Shown here: one piece after another, positions 39,428-49,741 of the stretch
Position numbering within the stretch: position 1 is the first letter of the stretch
How the letters are laid out: the number at the start of each line of letters is the position of its first letter
Assembly (NCBI RefSeq): GCF_028368995.1
Contig: NZ_JAQNDL010000001.1
Span: 1,376,001-1,440,000, forward strand
Length of the DNA stretch: 64,000 nt
Source of the DNA: Nannocystis bainbridge
Lineage (GTDB): Bacteria; Myxococcota_A; Polyangia; Nannocystales; Nannocystaceae
Reading direction: 5' to 3'
The notes under the pieces: generated by a model
Database searches by the model: none
Told to the model about the DNA's origin: nothing
The model's input: only the letters and a program-made list of their open reading frames with translations
Made by a program: the position numbers and the translations under genes

Positions 39428-41239
39428 ATGGCTAACATCGGGCTATCGTATGTCATGGCAGCCAGCCCTCTCTCTACAGCCCAAACTCAGGCCTACAATG
39501 ACGTCGTGACCGTGGCGAGGCCATCCGCCTCGGAAGGGCTAAAAAAGGAACGTGCGATTCTCTTGCTTTGGTTCATTCGCAATGTCATGGGAATCGATGA
39601 TCTTGAAGCATATGAATATATTTGTGATGGAGACAACGATCAAGGCATCGATGCAGTCATTTTTGAGCCTGGAGAGGAGACTTCAACCCTCGTCCTCTTG
39701 CAATCAAAGTACCCTGAAAGCCCAAAGCATGTGGGGGTCAACGAACTGAAGCATTTTGCGGGGACGGCCCAATATTTCAATTCAATAAAGTCCCTTACGC
39801 GACTGCTTAGCGAGAACCTCGAACCGGAACTTGATGCCTTGCTGCGCAGGTTCAAAGTACAAGATCGAATGGCGGCGGGCACGTTGCGCATACGGCTCAT
39901 TTTTGTGACCGCTGGAGTAATGACAGCGCAAGCAAAGAAGTACGCTGATACATTATGCGATCAGCAGGGCGAGGATTTCATCAGCCTCTACGATGCAGAA
40001 CGTCTCTCCCCCATCGTCCGGGCATTTAAAGGGCCCACCACGTACAAGGCAACAGTCACAATTGATTGCTCCGCACAGAATCGTTTCATCGTGGCAATCC
40101 CTGACGGACGTGTCGCGGTGTGTGCGGTTAAGGTTACTGACATCGTCAAGTGGCCAGGGATCAGCGATCGCACCATTTTCGATCTCAACGTCCGAAGAGA
40201 GCTACGCCGCAACTCCGTCCGGAAAGCTCTCGACCGTGCAATTGACAAAAAGAGCGACCATGCGAATTTCGTAGCATTCCACAACGGATTAACTGTCGTA
40301 TGCGAAGAGATTGATGACAAGAAACGCGATACGCTCGGCATCACGAACCTTTCGGTTGTAAACGGAGCGCAGTCAACTGTCGCTTTCCATGAAGCTCAAG
40401 CTTCACTTACTGACGCTCTGAGAGTCGTTGTAAAATTTGTAGAGGTCAAGCCCGATCAACAGGTTGCGCGAGAGGTCGCCATCCGTAGCAACACACAGAA
40501 TCCAGTCACGACAAGGAATCTGCGCGCAAGAGACGGTGTTCAGCTAAGACTGGAAGCCGAATTCAGGAATAGGCATCCGAAGATCACGTTTGAGACCAGA
40601 CCGGATCAGTCACTGCCACCAGGGGGGCGGACCATCCACAATGACGCTGTAGCGCAGCTCTTGTGTGCGCTTTACAACGAGATGCCATGGCTCGCCGTAA
40701 AACGGCTGCTGTTATTCGAATCCGAGGTGTATCCGCAGATCTTCAACGACAAGATCACGGCTGAGCATCTCATTTTGGCCGACGATGTTGCTAAATGCAT
40801 TCAAGATCGCAAGGATCTATTTCCACCGGAATACACCAAGAGCTGGCAGCTCACTCGACTCGTTGCGGCCTTTCTAGTCGGGCAGATGCTTCGCACATCT
40901 CGTTCGCTTGAGCAGATTCTACAAGACCCCGCTAGCGCACTGAACAACTCAGGCACCAAAGGAGTCTTGAACGAACTAGCACGCATGGCTGCAACGGTCC
41001 TCAGCCAACGGGCGGATGAGAAAAAGCAAGGTCAGGATTTCGACGACTTCAAGGTCGACTTTAAGCAGAAGTCGGTCTTGCACGACCTCGGAAAGCAGGC
41101 ACGTCAGCAATATCTCATGTTCCAGAAGATGCAGGCACCGCTGATGGCTAAATCGAAAGGCACGGCTAAGAAGAACACTTCAAAGAAGAACGCCGCGAAA
41201 AAGTCGGGAGGGACAACTCTGCCGAAGCGTCAAAAATGA
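39428..41239 (+). CDS. AIPR-family (abortive infection phage resistance) protein, low GC
   Basis: DGDNDQGIDA...QSKY nuclease-like N-terminus; IFDLNVR, FHNGLTVVC, VVNGAQST and SNTQNPV motifs. GC is clearly lower than the flanks. Confidence 0.88.
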   Translation: MANIGLSYVMAASPLSTAQTQAYNDVVTVARPSASEGLKKERAILLLWFIRNVMGIDDLEAYEYICDGDNDQGIDAVIFEPGEETSTLVLLQSKYPESPKHVGVNELKHFAGTAQYFNSIKSLTRLLSENLEPELDALLRRFKVQDRMAAGTLRIRLIFVTAGVMTAQAKKYADTLCDQQGEDFISLYDAERLSPIVRAFKGPTTYKATVTIDCSAQNRFIVAIPDGRVAVCAVKVTDIVKWPGISDRTIFDLNVRRELRRNSVRKALDRAIDKKSDHANFVAFHNGLTVVCEEIDDKKRDTLGITNLSVVNGAQSTVAFHEAQASLTDALRVVVKFVEVKPDQQVAREVAIRSNTQNPVTTRNLRARDGVQLRLEAEFRNRHPKITFETRPDQSLPPGGRTIHNDAVAQLLCALYNEMPWLAVKRLLLFESEVYPQIFNDKITAEHLILADDVAKCIQDRKDLFPPEYTKSWQLTRLVAAFLVGQMLRTSRSLEQILQDPASALNNSGTKGVLNELARMAATVLSQRADEKKQGQDFDDFKVDFKQKSVLHDLGKQARQQYLMFQKMQAPLMAKSKGTAKKNTSKKNAAKKSGGTTLPKRQK

Positions 41240-41246
41240 GGCTCCA

Positions 41247-43178
41247 CTACCCCGCCCCGAGCTCGTGCAGCGCCTGGGCGACGCGGCGCTCGTGCTCGGC
41301 CGCATCGTCGCGGACTTCGAGGCCCAGCTCGACCGCCCGGCGCAGCAGGTGCTCCGCCTCGAGCAGGCGGTGGAACGTCTGCGCTCGCTCGTCCTCGAGC
41401 GCGCGCAGGCGGTCGAGCCCGACCAGCAATTCCTCGCGGCGCTCGGGCGGCTCGCGGCGGGCCTCGCTGCCGGCCAGGGCGCGGACCAGCGCCCCCTCGT
41501 CGAGCCCCGCCAGGTCGGCGTCGACGCGGCGCAGGCGCTCGACTTGCCGCGCGATCAGCTCGACCAGCGGCGTCAGCGAGCCCGCGATCATGTCGAGCTC
41601 GGCGCGCGCTCCCGGGGCGACCGCGCGATGGTCGACCAGGCGCTGGACCGCCAGCGCCAGCTCGCCGACGCTCTCGCGCACCTCGGCGGCCGTGTCCGGC
41701 GTCAGCAGCCCGGCCAGCCGCGCCACCAGCGGATCGGAGGCCGGCAGGGCGGCCGGTGCGGCGCGCAGCCGCAGCAGCGTCGGCCGCTCCTTCTTTTGCG
41801 TCGCCACCGCGGCGAACAGCGCGATCATGGCGATCACGACCCCGAGCCCGGCGAAGATCAGCGGCACGAACAGCGGCGCCCCGAAGGCCGCCGTCAACGC
41901 CACCACCGCCGCCGTGATCCCGCCGGTCCAGCCGACCGCCTGCCAGCCGGTGCGCCGGATCGCCCGCGGCGAGCGATCGACCACCGCCACCTTCAGCTTG
42001 GCCGCGGCCAGGCGCGCGTGCAGGCGCTTGGCTGTCTCCGGGGACAGGTCCGAGAACAGCCGCAGCGGCAGCGCGTGGCGCCGCTCGAGCTCGGCCTTCG
42101 AATACATGCGAGCGTCGCCGATCACCAGGTTGAGCGCCGGCAGCTCGCCCTCGGCCAGCGTGCGCAACTCACCGGCCAGGAGGTCGAAGAACGCCGCGTC
42201 CTCCTTGGCCGCGCGCAGGTCGACCGCGCAGGAGCCGGCGGGCGTGTGCTCGAACTGCACGCCGACCCGGCCGCAGGCGAGGCACAGCCGCTGGCCGAGG
42301 CGCAGGCGGGCGCCGCAGTGCTGGCAGATCGTGCGGGCCGCGCTGGCGCCGGCCGGGCCCTCGCCGGCCAGCGCGGCGGCCAGCTCGCGGGCCGAGGCCG
42401 GGCGGGCACCTGGCTCGAGGGACAGGCAGCGCATCACCAGCGCGTCGAGCTCGACGGGCACCTCGGCCCGCAGCGTGCGCGGCGGCGCCGGCGAGGCCTC
42501 GCCGAGGAACGCCGGGCCCTCGCCGCGCGGCAGCAGCCCCGTGAGCCCGCGGTAGAGGATCACGCCGACGGCGTAGAGATCGGCGCGCGGGTCGAGGGCC
42601 GTGCGCGCCAGCTGCTCCGGCGCCGCGTACGGCGAGCCCTCGAGCAGCAGGCTCGAGGCGGTCCGCGTCGAGAGGATGTCGACCCGCGCCAGGCCGACGT
42701 CGGTCAGCCATAGCCCGTCGTCGCCGCGCACCACCAGGCGCGGGTGCAGGTCGCGGATCACCACCCCACGCGCGTGCAGCCCCGCGAGCAGCTCACACAG
42801 CGCGATCGCCAGCGCGACGACCTCGTCGATCGGCGCCGCCGCCCGCCGCCGCAGCCACTGCTCGAGCGTCTCGCCGCGTGGGTCGAGCCGCAGCCGCCAC
42901 GGCGGCGGCGCGCCCGGGGCCCGCGCATCGGCCGGGCCGGCCGCGAGCACCGGCGCCACCCCGGGCGCGTCGAGCTCGCGCAAGCGGGCCACGTCGCGCA
43001 CATAACGGCGCCGCATCGCCGGCTCGCGCGCCAGCTCGGGCGCCAGCCAGGCCAGCACCGCGCCGCGCCCGTCGCCGAGCCGGACCGGGCAGCGCAGCTC
43101 CGAGCCGACGCGCTCGGCCGCACCGACGACCTCGGCCCCCAGCTCCGCCGGCAACGTCGGGATCGCCGGCCCCTTCAT
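41247..43178 (-). CDS. Degenerate Ser/Thr kinase with Zn ribbon, 2 TM and coiled-coil tail
   Basis: IRDLHPRLV, DVG and GSPYAAPE; no Gly-rich loop; CQHC...CLAC. Start at 43178 or 43196. Confidence 0.8.
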   Translation of the reverse strand: MKGPAIPTLPAELGAEVVGAAERVGSELRCPVRLGDGRGAVLAWLAPELAREPAMRRRYVRDVARLRELDAPGVAPVLAAGPADARAPGAPPPWRLRLDPRGETLEQWLRRRAAAPIDEVVALAIALCELLAGLHARGVVIRDLHPRLVVRGDDGLWLTDVGLARVDILSTRTASSLLLEGSPYAAPEQLARTALDPRADLYAVGVILYRGLTGLLPRGEGPAFLGEASPAPPRTLRAEVPVELDALVMRCLSLEPGARPASARELAAALAGEGPAGASAARTICQHCGARLRLGQRLCLACGRVGVQFEHTPAGSCAVDLRAAKEDAAFFDLLAGELRTLAEGELPALNLVIGDARMYSKAELERRHALPLRLFSDLSPETAKRLHARLAAAKLKVAVVDRSPRAIRRTGWQAVGWTGGITAAVVALTAAFGAPLFVPLIFAGLGVVIAMIALFAAVATQKKERPTLLRLRAAPAALPASDPLVARLAGLLTPDTAAEVRESVGELALAVQRLVDHRAVAPGARAELDMIAGSLTPLVELIARQVERLRRVDADLAGLDEGALVRALAGSEARREPPERREELLVGLDRLRALEDERAQTFHRLLEAEHLLRRAVELGLEVRDDAAEHERRVAQALHELGAG

Positions 43179-43179
43179 A

Positions 43180-43352
43180 CTTGCCCCTTCCGCCATGTCT
43201 TCAAGGACATGCTCCCATCACCATGACCTATCCGACATGCTCTGAAAGACATGCTCGAACGAACAGGCACGGACAACCGCGTCCAGCCGGTGCGCGCCCC
43301 TGAAAGCTGTCCCCGAAGACATGCCCACGAGGACATGTCGTTTCGCGCCTGC
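43180..43352. repeat. Longest 14-bp-phased array (13 positions in register)
   Basis: Cores at 43180, 43194, 43208, 43222, 43236, 43250, 43264, then two decayed positions (43278, 43292), then 43306, 43320, 43334 and 43348. Confidence 0.92.
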
Positions 43353-43371
43353 CCCCGGCACCCCATCGCCC

Positions 43372-45222
<1,851 letters not shown>

Positions 45223-45386
45223 GCGATCGCAAGCGACTCTAGCACGACCGGCCGCCCGCCTGCCACGCCCGCAGCCGCGCGCGTGCACCGGCCACAGCGG
45301 CCGCGAGCGCTGCGAATCCGCCGCCGCGTGCCGCCGCACCTGCCCCTCCGGCCCTCTGCCTCGACGGGCTCGCTCACCACCCCACG

Positions 45387-45513
45387 ACCTGTCTCTCCGG
45401 ACATCTAATCCACGCCTCCACTCGACGACCTCGTCACACAACCTGTCCCTTCGGCCATCTCATTCTCCCACCTCGGCATCACCGCCGATACATACCTGTC
45501 CCTTCGGACATCT
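45387..45513. repeat. Three regularly interspaced 20-bp direct repeats built on the 14-bp palindrome
   Basis: ACCTGTCTCTCCGGACATCT (45387), ACCTGTCCCTTCGGCCATCT (45441) and ACCTGTCCCTTCGGACATCT (45494); 34 and 33 bp between them. Confidence 0.8.
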
Positions 45514-45594
45514 TCACCCCGTGGCCGCCTTCGCGCCTCGCATCTTTGTTCGCCCTCTGGAACACCGACCCCGAGCTCGCGCGTAGCACCCGGC

Positions 45595-46572
45595 ATGCCT
45601 GTCCCGCGTCGCTCGCTCCTGCGGGCCCTGCTCGCCGCGCCCGTCGTCCTCGCGCCTGCGCCCGCCTGGGCCCGCAAGTTCAGCCCGCCCGAGCTGAAGG
45701 CCCGGCTCGCGGCGCTCGGCGACCTGAGCAACCTCCCGCCCGACCTGCAGGCCGCCTTCAAGCCCGGCGACGACGATCGGCCGATCCCCAGGCCCGGCCG
45801 CCAGGATTGGCTGACCGAGCACCACGAGCCAGGCCAGACCTTCGCGCAATTCGTCGGCCAGCGTCACCATCGACCGAGCGAGGCGCGGCGCAAGCTGAGC
45901 GTGCTGCCCGTCGGCGCCATCGAGGGCGGCGATTGGCCGGCCCTCGCCGTCGTCGCCGACTTCGCCGCCCGCTTCTTTCAATTGCCGGTCGAGCGCCTCG
46001 ATCCCACCACGATGGCCGCGCTCAAGGCCCGCGGCCGCGACCGCGGCAGCTTCTATCAGTGGCACACCCGCACGATCCTCGCCGGCATGAAGCGGCGCGT
46101 CCCGAGCGACGCCTACGCCCTCATCGCCGTCACCACCGCCGACCTCTACCCCGACTCCGCCTGGAACTTCGTGTTCGGCTACGCCAGCTTCGACGAGCGC
46201 GTCGGCGTCTACAGCTTCGCCCGCTTCGACCCCGCCTTTTACGGCGAGCCGCGCGGCGCCGGCGTCAAGGCGACGATCCTGCGCCGCTCGCTCGGCCTGC
46301 TCGTCCACGAGGTCGGCCACATGTTCGGGCTCCACCACTGCATACATTTCCACTGCATCATGAACGGCTGCAACCACCTCGAAGAGAGCGACGCCGCCCC
46401 GCTCCACCTCTGTCCGCTGTGCCGGCGCAAGCTGCAGTATTCGGTCGCCTTCGACCCGGCCATCCGCGAACGCCAGCTCGGCGAGTTCTTCCGCGCCCAC
46501 GGCATGCCCGACGACGCCGCCCGCAGCGAGCGCCTGCTGGCCGCGATCGTCGCCGCCACGCCCGCGCCGTGA
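45595..46572 (+). CDS. Archaemetzincin (M54) Zn metalloprotease with Tat-like signal
   Basis: HEVGHMFGLHHC-x4-CIMNG...LCPLC; PRRSLL twin-arginine motif. Confidence 0.92.
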   Translation: MPVPRRSLLRALLAAPVVLAPAPAWARKFSPPELKARLAALGDLSNLPPDLQAAFKPGDDDRPIPRPGRQDWLTEHHEPGQTFAQFVGQRHHRPSEARRKLSVLPVGAIEGGDWPALAVVADFAARFFQLPVERLDPTTMAALKARGRDRGSFYQWHTRTILAGMKRRVPSDAYALIAVTTADLYPDSAWNFVFGYASFDERVGVYSFARFDPAFYGEPRGAGVKATILRRSLGLLVHEVGHMFGLHHCIHFHCIMNGCNHLEESDAAPLHLCPLCRRKLQYSVAFDPAIRERQLGEFFRAHGMPDDAARSERLLAAIVAATPAP

Positions 46573-46573
46573 T

Positions 46574-46622
46574 CCTGCCCCCTCGGACATGCCTGTAAAG
46601 GCATGTCCTTTGGCGCATGTCC
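46574..46622. repeat. 14-bp-phased palindromic array
   Basis: Cores at 46574, 46588, 46602 and 46616, right after the stop. Confidence 0.85.
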
Positions 46623-46765
46623 GCACAGTGTCTCCCTTCACGACCGAGTTTGACACGCCGGTCCGGCGCATCTGACGATGAAGCTTCGCTCATGCGCGTC
46701 GGACGTCGGCGAAGTCACGCCCGGGCCCACGTCGGCGGCGAGGCTGCTATCCTCCGCGCGTCCGC

Positions 46766-47497
46766 TTGCACGACCGCATCCACATCTTCGGCGTGTTCCA
46801 GATCCCCTGGCTCAAGGGGGCCCGGCCCGTGCGCGTGTACGTACCGCCGGACACCGGCCGGCCGCCGCCGGTGCTCTTCATGTTCGACGGCCAGAACATC
46901 TTCGACGACGAGACCTCGCACAGCGGCGGCTGGTACCTGCACCACGCCGCGCGCGACCTGTGCGCTCGCGGCGGGACGGCGCCGCTGATCGTCGGCATCG
47001 ACCACGGCGGGATCTACCGCATGCGCGAGCTCTCACCGTTCCGCATGCGCCAGCGCGGCCAGGCGCCGCACCTGGTGCGCTGGATGATCGACGAGCTGCA
47101 GCCGCAAATCCGCAGCAGCTTCCACGTGCGCCACGACCTCGCCGGCACGGCCGTGGGCGGCTCGTCGCTCGGCGGCCTGGCGGCCCTCTACGCCCACTGG
47201 CACCGCCCCGATGTGTTCGGCGCGGCGCTGTGCATGTCGCCCTCGCTGTGGGTCGCGCGCGAGAAGATGCTGAAGTTCGTGGCCGACCGCCCGCGCCCGC
47301 TCACGTCGCGCCTCTACCTCGACGCCGGCGGCAACGAGCCGCGCGTGCGCCCTGCGACCGAGCGCATGGTCAAGCACCTGCGCGCCCGCGGCTACGGCCC
47401 CGAGGCGATGCGCTGGGTGTTCGACCCCGGCGCCGTGCATCACGAGAGCGCCTGGCGCCGCCGCGCCCCCGCGGCCCTCGAGTTCCTGTTCGGTTGA
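46766..47497 (+). CDS. Putative esterase (alpha/beta hydrolase)
   Basis: VLFMFDGQNIF, GGSSLGG and HHESAW motifs; start codon uncertain. Confidence 0.88.
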   Translation: MHDRIHIFGVFQIPWLKGARPVRVYVPPDTGRPPPVLFMFDGQNIFDDETSHSGGWYLHHAARDLCARGGTAPLIVGIDHGGIYRMRELSPFRMRQRGQAPHLVRWMIDELQPQIRSSFHVRHDLAGTAVGGSSLGGLAALYAHWHRPDVFGAALCMSPSLWVAREKMLKFVADRPRPLTSRLYLDAGGNEPRVRPATERMVKHLRARGYGPEAMRWVFDPGAVHHESAWRRRAPAALEFLFG

Positions 47498-47558
47498 GCA
47501 TGTCCGATCGGACATGCTCAATCGGACATGCTCAATCGGACATGCTCGATCGCCCAGC
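47485..47558. repeat. 14-bp-phased array containing near-exact tandem copies
   Basis: ATCGGACATGCTCA twice plus ATCGGACATGCTCG at 47507-47548; cores from 47485 to 47555 in register. Confidence 0.92.
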
Positions 47559-47569
47559 GATCCCTCAGC

Positions 47570-48361
47570 TCAGCGGATCACCGCGAACGTCTGCTGATTG
47601 AGCGCCAGCAGCTCGCCCGCCGGCGACCAGATCTCGCGGAACTCCACCGAGTACCCGGCGTGCATCGCCACCGCGCGGGCGCGGTGGTACACCGGCTGGT
47701 CCGGGTCGAGCTGCGTGATGTCGGCCAGCGGCTGGAACGTGAAAGCCAGCGTCGCCGTCGGCCGCGGCGTCGTCAGGCGCGAGAACAGGGCCGGCCACCA
47801 GCCGTCGCACAGCATCGCCAGGTAGGCCGCGTCGCGCTGCTGCGGCGGCTGCTTGAAGCGGAACCAGCCCTCCGCGCGCGCCTCGTCGCCGCCGGTGAAC
47901 AGCGGCGCGTGGACCGGGCGGAACTCGCAGTGGCGGGCGAACACCGGCGCCTCGTCGGGCGTGCCCAGCGGCTGCTCGCGCGCCGGCGTGAACTCCGGCG
48001 GCCGCAGCTCGTTCCACTGCAGGCTGGCGTCGCGGGTGCGCGCGTGCACGGCCACCGCGTGGGCCTGGACCTCGCCGGCCTGGACCAGCCGGACCGCCAG
48101 CGTCGTCACCCCGGTGCCGGTGCGCAGGGTCTCGACAAGGAGGTCCGCCGGGCCAGCCTGGGTCGGCCCGCACAGCTCCGCGCTCAGCGACCGCAGCGGC
48201 CGCGTCGGGTCGTCCGCCACCGCCGCCGCCGCCCGCACCAGCAGGCCCAGCACCAGCCCGCCGAAGGCCCCGCGACCCTGCTGCCAGCCGTCCGGCACCT
48301 CGGCCTGGAAGCGACCGGGACCCGTGGAGGTGAGCGCGAGGAGAGCGTCGATCTCGGACAT
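47570..48361 (-). CDS. Acyl-CoA thioesterase (double hotdog, TesB-like)
   Basis: WQQGRGAFGG, PLRSLS and CDGWWP motifs. Confidence 0.85.
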   Translation of the reverse strand: MSEIDALLALTSTGPGRFQAEVPDGWQQGRGAFGGLVLGLLVRAAAAVADDPTRPLRSLSAELCGPTQAGPADLLVETLRTGTGVTTLAVRLVQAGEVQAHAVAVHARTRDASLQWNELRPPEFTPAREQPLGTPDEAPVFARHCEFRPVHAPLFTGGDEARAEGWFRFKQPPQQRDAAYLAMLCDGWWPALFSRLTTPRPTATLAFTFQPLADITQLDPDQPVYHRARAVAMHAGYSVEFREIWSPAGELLALNQQTFAVIR

Positions 48362-48422
48362 CGCCGCGACCTTAGCAAACACCGGCCCGGTCGCCCGCCG
48401 CTCGCGCGTGAGTCGCCTCGTT

Positions 48423-48524
48423 CATGAGTCACCGACGCGCGCGAAAATCACATGGCGCGAAGGGCAGGTCCCTTCGGACCTGTCCCGCGCGCCATGTCTT
48501 ATCGAACCTGCCCTGACGGCCAGC
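48423..48524. repeat. 14-bp-phased palindromic array
   Basis: Cores at 48423, 48451, 48465, 48479, 48493, 48507 and 48521. Confidence 0.82.
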
Positions 48525-49706
48525 TCAGTCGCGGCGGTACATCGTCACCACGCAGGCGCCGCCGAGCCCGAGGTTGTGCTGCAGCGCCACCTTCGCGCCC
48601 TCGACCTGGCGCTTGTCGGCCTGCCCGCGCAGCTGCCACACCAGCTCGGTGCACTGCGCCAGGCCGGTCGCGCCGAGCGGGTGGCCCTTCGACAGCAGCC
48701 CGCCGGACGGGTTGGTGACGAACTTGCCGCCGTAGGTGTTGTCGCCGTCCCACACGAACTTCTCGGCGCCGCCCTCGGGGCACAGGCCGAGCGCCTCGTA
48801 GGTCAGGATCTCGTTGGCGGTGAAGCAGTCGTGCAGCTCGACCACCTGGACGTCCTGCGGGCCCAGGCCGGCCTTCTCGTAGACCGCCTCGGCGGTCTTC
48901 TTGGCCATGTCGTAGCCGACCATCTTGATCATGCTGTTGTCTTCGAACGTGCTGGGGTAGTCGGTGCGCATCGCCTGCGACGCGATGTAGACCGGGTTGG
49001 CGATCCCCTTCTTCTTGGCGAACGCCTCCGAGCACAGCACCGCCGCCGCCGCGCCGCAGGTCGGCGGGCAGCACTGATAGCGGGTCAGCGGGTCGAACAC
49101 CTCGGGCGAGGCCAGGATCTCCTCGACGCTGAGGAGGTCGCCGAACAGCGCGTACGGATTGCGATTGGCGTGCTTGCGCGCCTTCTCCGACACCTTGGCG
49201 AACGTCTCGCGGCGGGTGCCGTACTTCCAGCGGTACTCACGACCGGCGCCGCCGAACATCTGCGCCGCCGGCGGGGCCTGGTTGAAGCCCTGCACGCGGT
49301 CCATCGTCCCGGCGAAGTTGTCGAGCGGCCCCGGCCGGTCGTTGAACTTGCTGCCGAGCGCGCCCTTCTCCATCTGCTCGAAGCCGACGACCAGCACGCA
49401 CTCGGCCTCGCCGGCGAGGATCGCCTGGCGGCCGAGCCACAGCGCCGTCGACCCGGTCGAGCAGTTGTTGTTGACGTTGACGACCGGGATGCCGGTGAGG
49501 CCGAGCTCGTAGACCGCTCGCTGGCCGCAGGTGCTGTCGCCGTAGACGTAGCCGGCGAACGCCTGCTCGACGTCCTTGTAATCGACGCCCGCGTCTTGCA
49601 GCGCCGTGCGGGCCGCGTTGGCCGCCATCACGTGGTAATCGTCGCTCGCGCCGGGCTTGGCGAACTTCACCATGCCGACGCCGATCACGTTGACTTTGTT
49701 GCTCAT
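48525..49706 (-). CDS. SCPx-type thiolase (lipid-transfer protein)
   Basis: [28 protein letters not shown] and QHNLGLGGA motifs; RBS GAGGA. Confidence 0.93.
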   Translation of the reverse strand: MSNKVNVIGVGMVKFAKPGASDDYHVMAANAARTALQDAGVDYKDVEQAFAGYVYGDSTCGQRAVYELGLTGIPVVNVNNNCSTGSTALWLGRQAILAGEAECVLVVGFEQMEKGALGSKFNDRPGPLDNFAGTMDRVQGFNQAPPAAQMFGGAGREYRWKYGTRRETFAKVSEKARKHANRNPYALFGDLLSVEEILASPEVFDPLTRYQCCPPTCGAAAAVLCSEAFAKKKGIANPVYIASQAMRTDYPSTFEDNSMIKMVGYDMAKKTAEAVYEKAGLGPQDVQVVELHDCFTANEILTYEALGLCPEGGAEKFVWDGDNTYGGKFVTNPSGGLLSKGHPLGATGLAQCTELVWQLRGQADKRQVEGAKVALQHNLGLGGACVVTMYRRD

Positions 49707-49741
49707 GGCTGTGATTCCTCTGCTTGGCTTTCGTTCGTCCG

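Noticed and set aside
45387-45513. Bona fide CRISPR array
   Set aside because: Only three imperfect 20-bp repeats, no cas genes or leader, and the repeat derives from the dispersed 14-bp unit. Kept only as a repeat variant.
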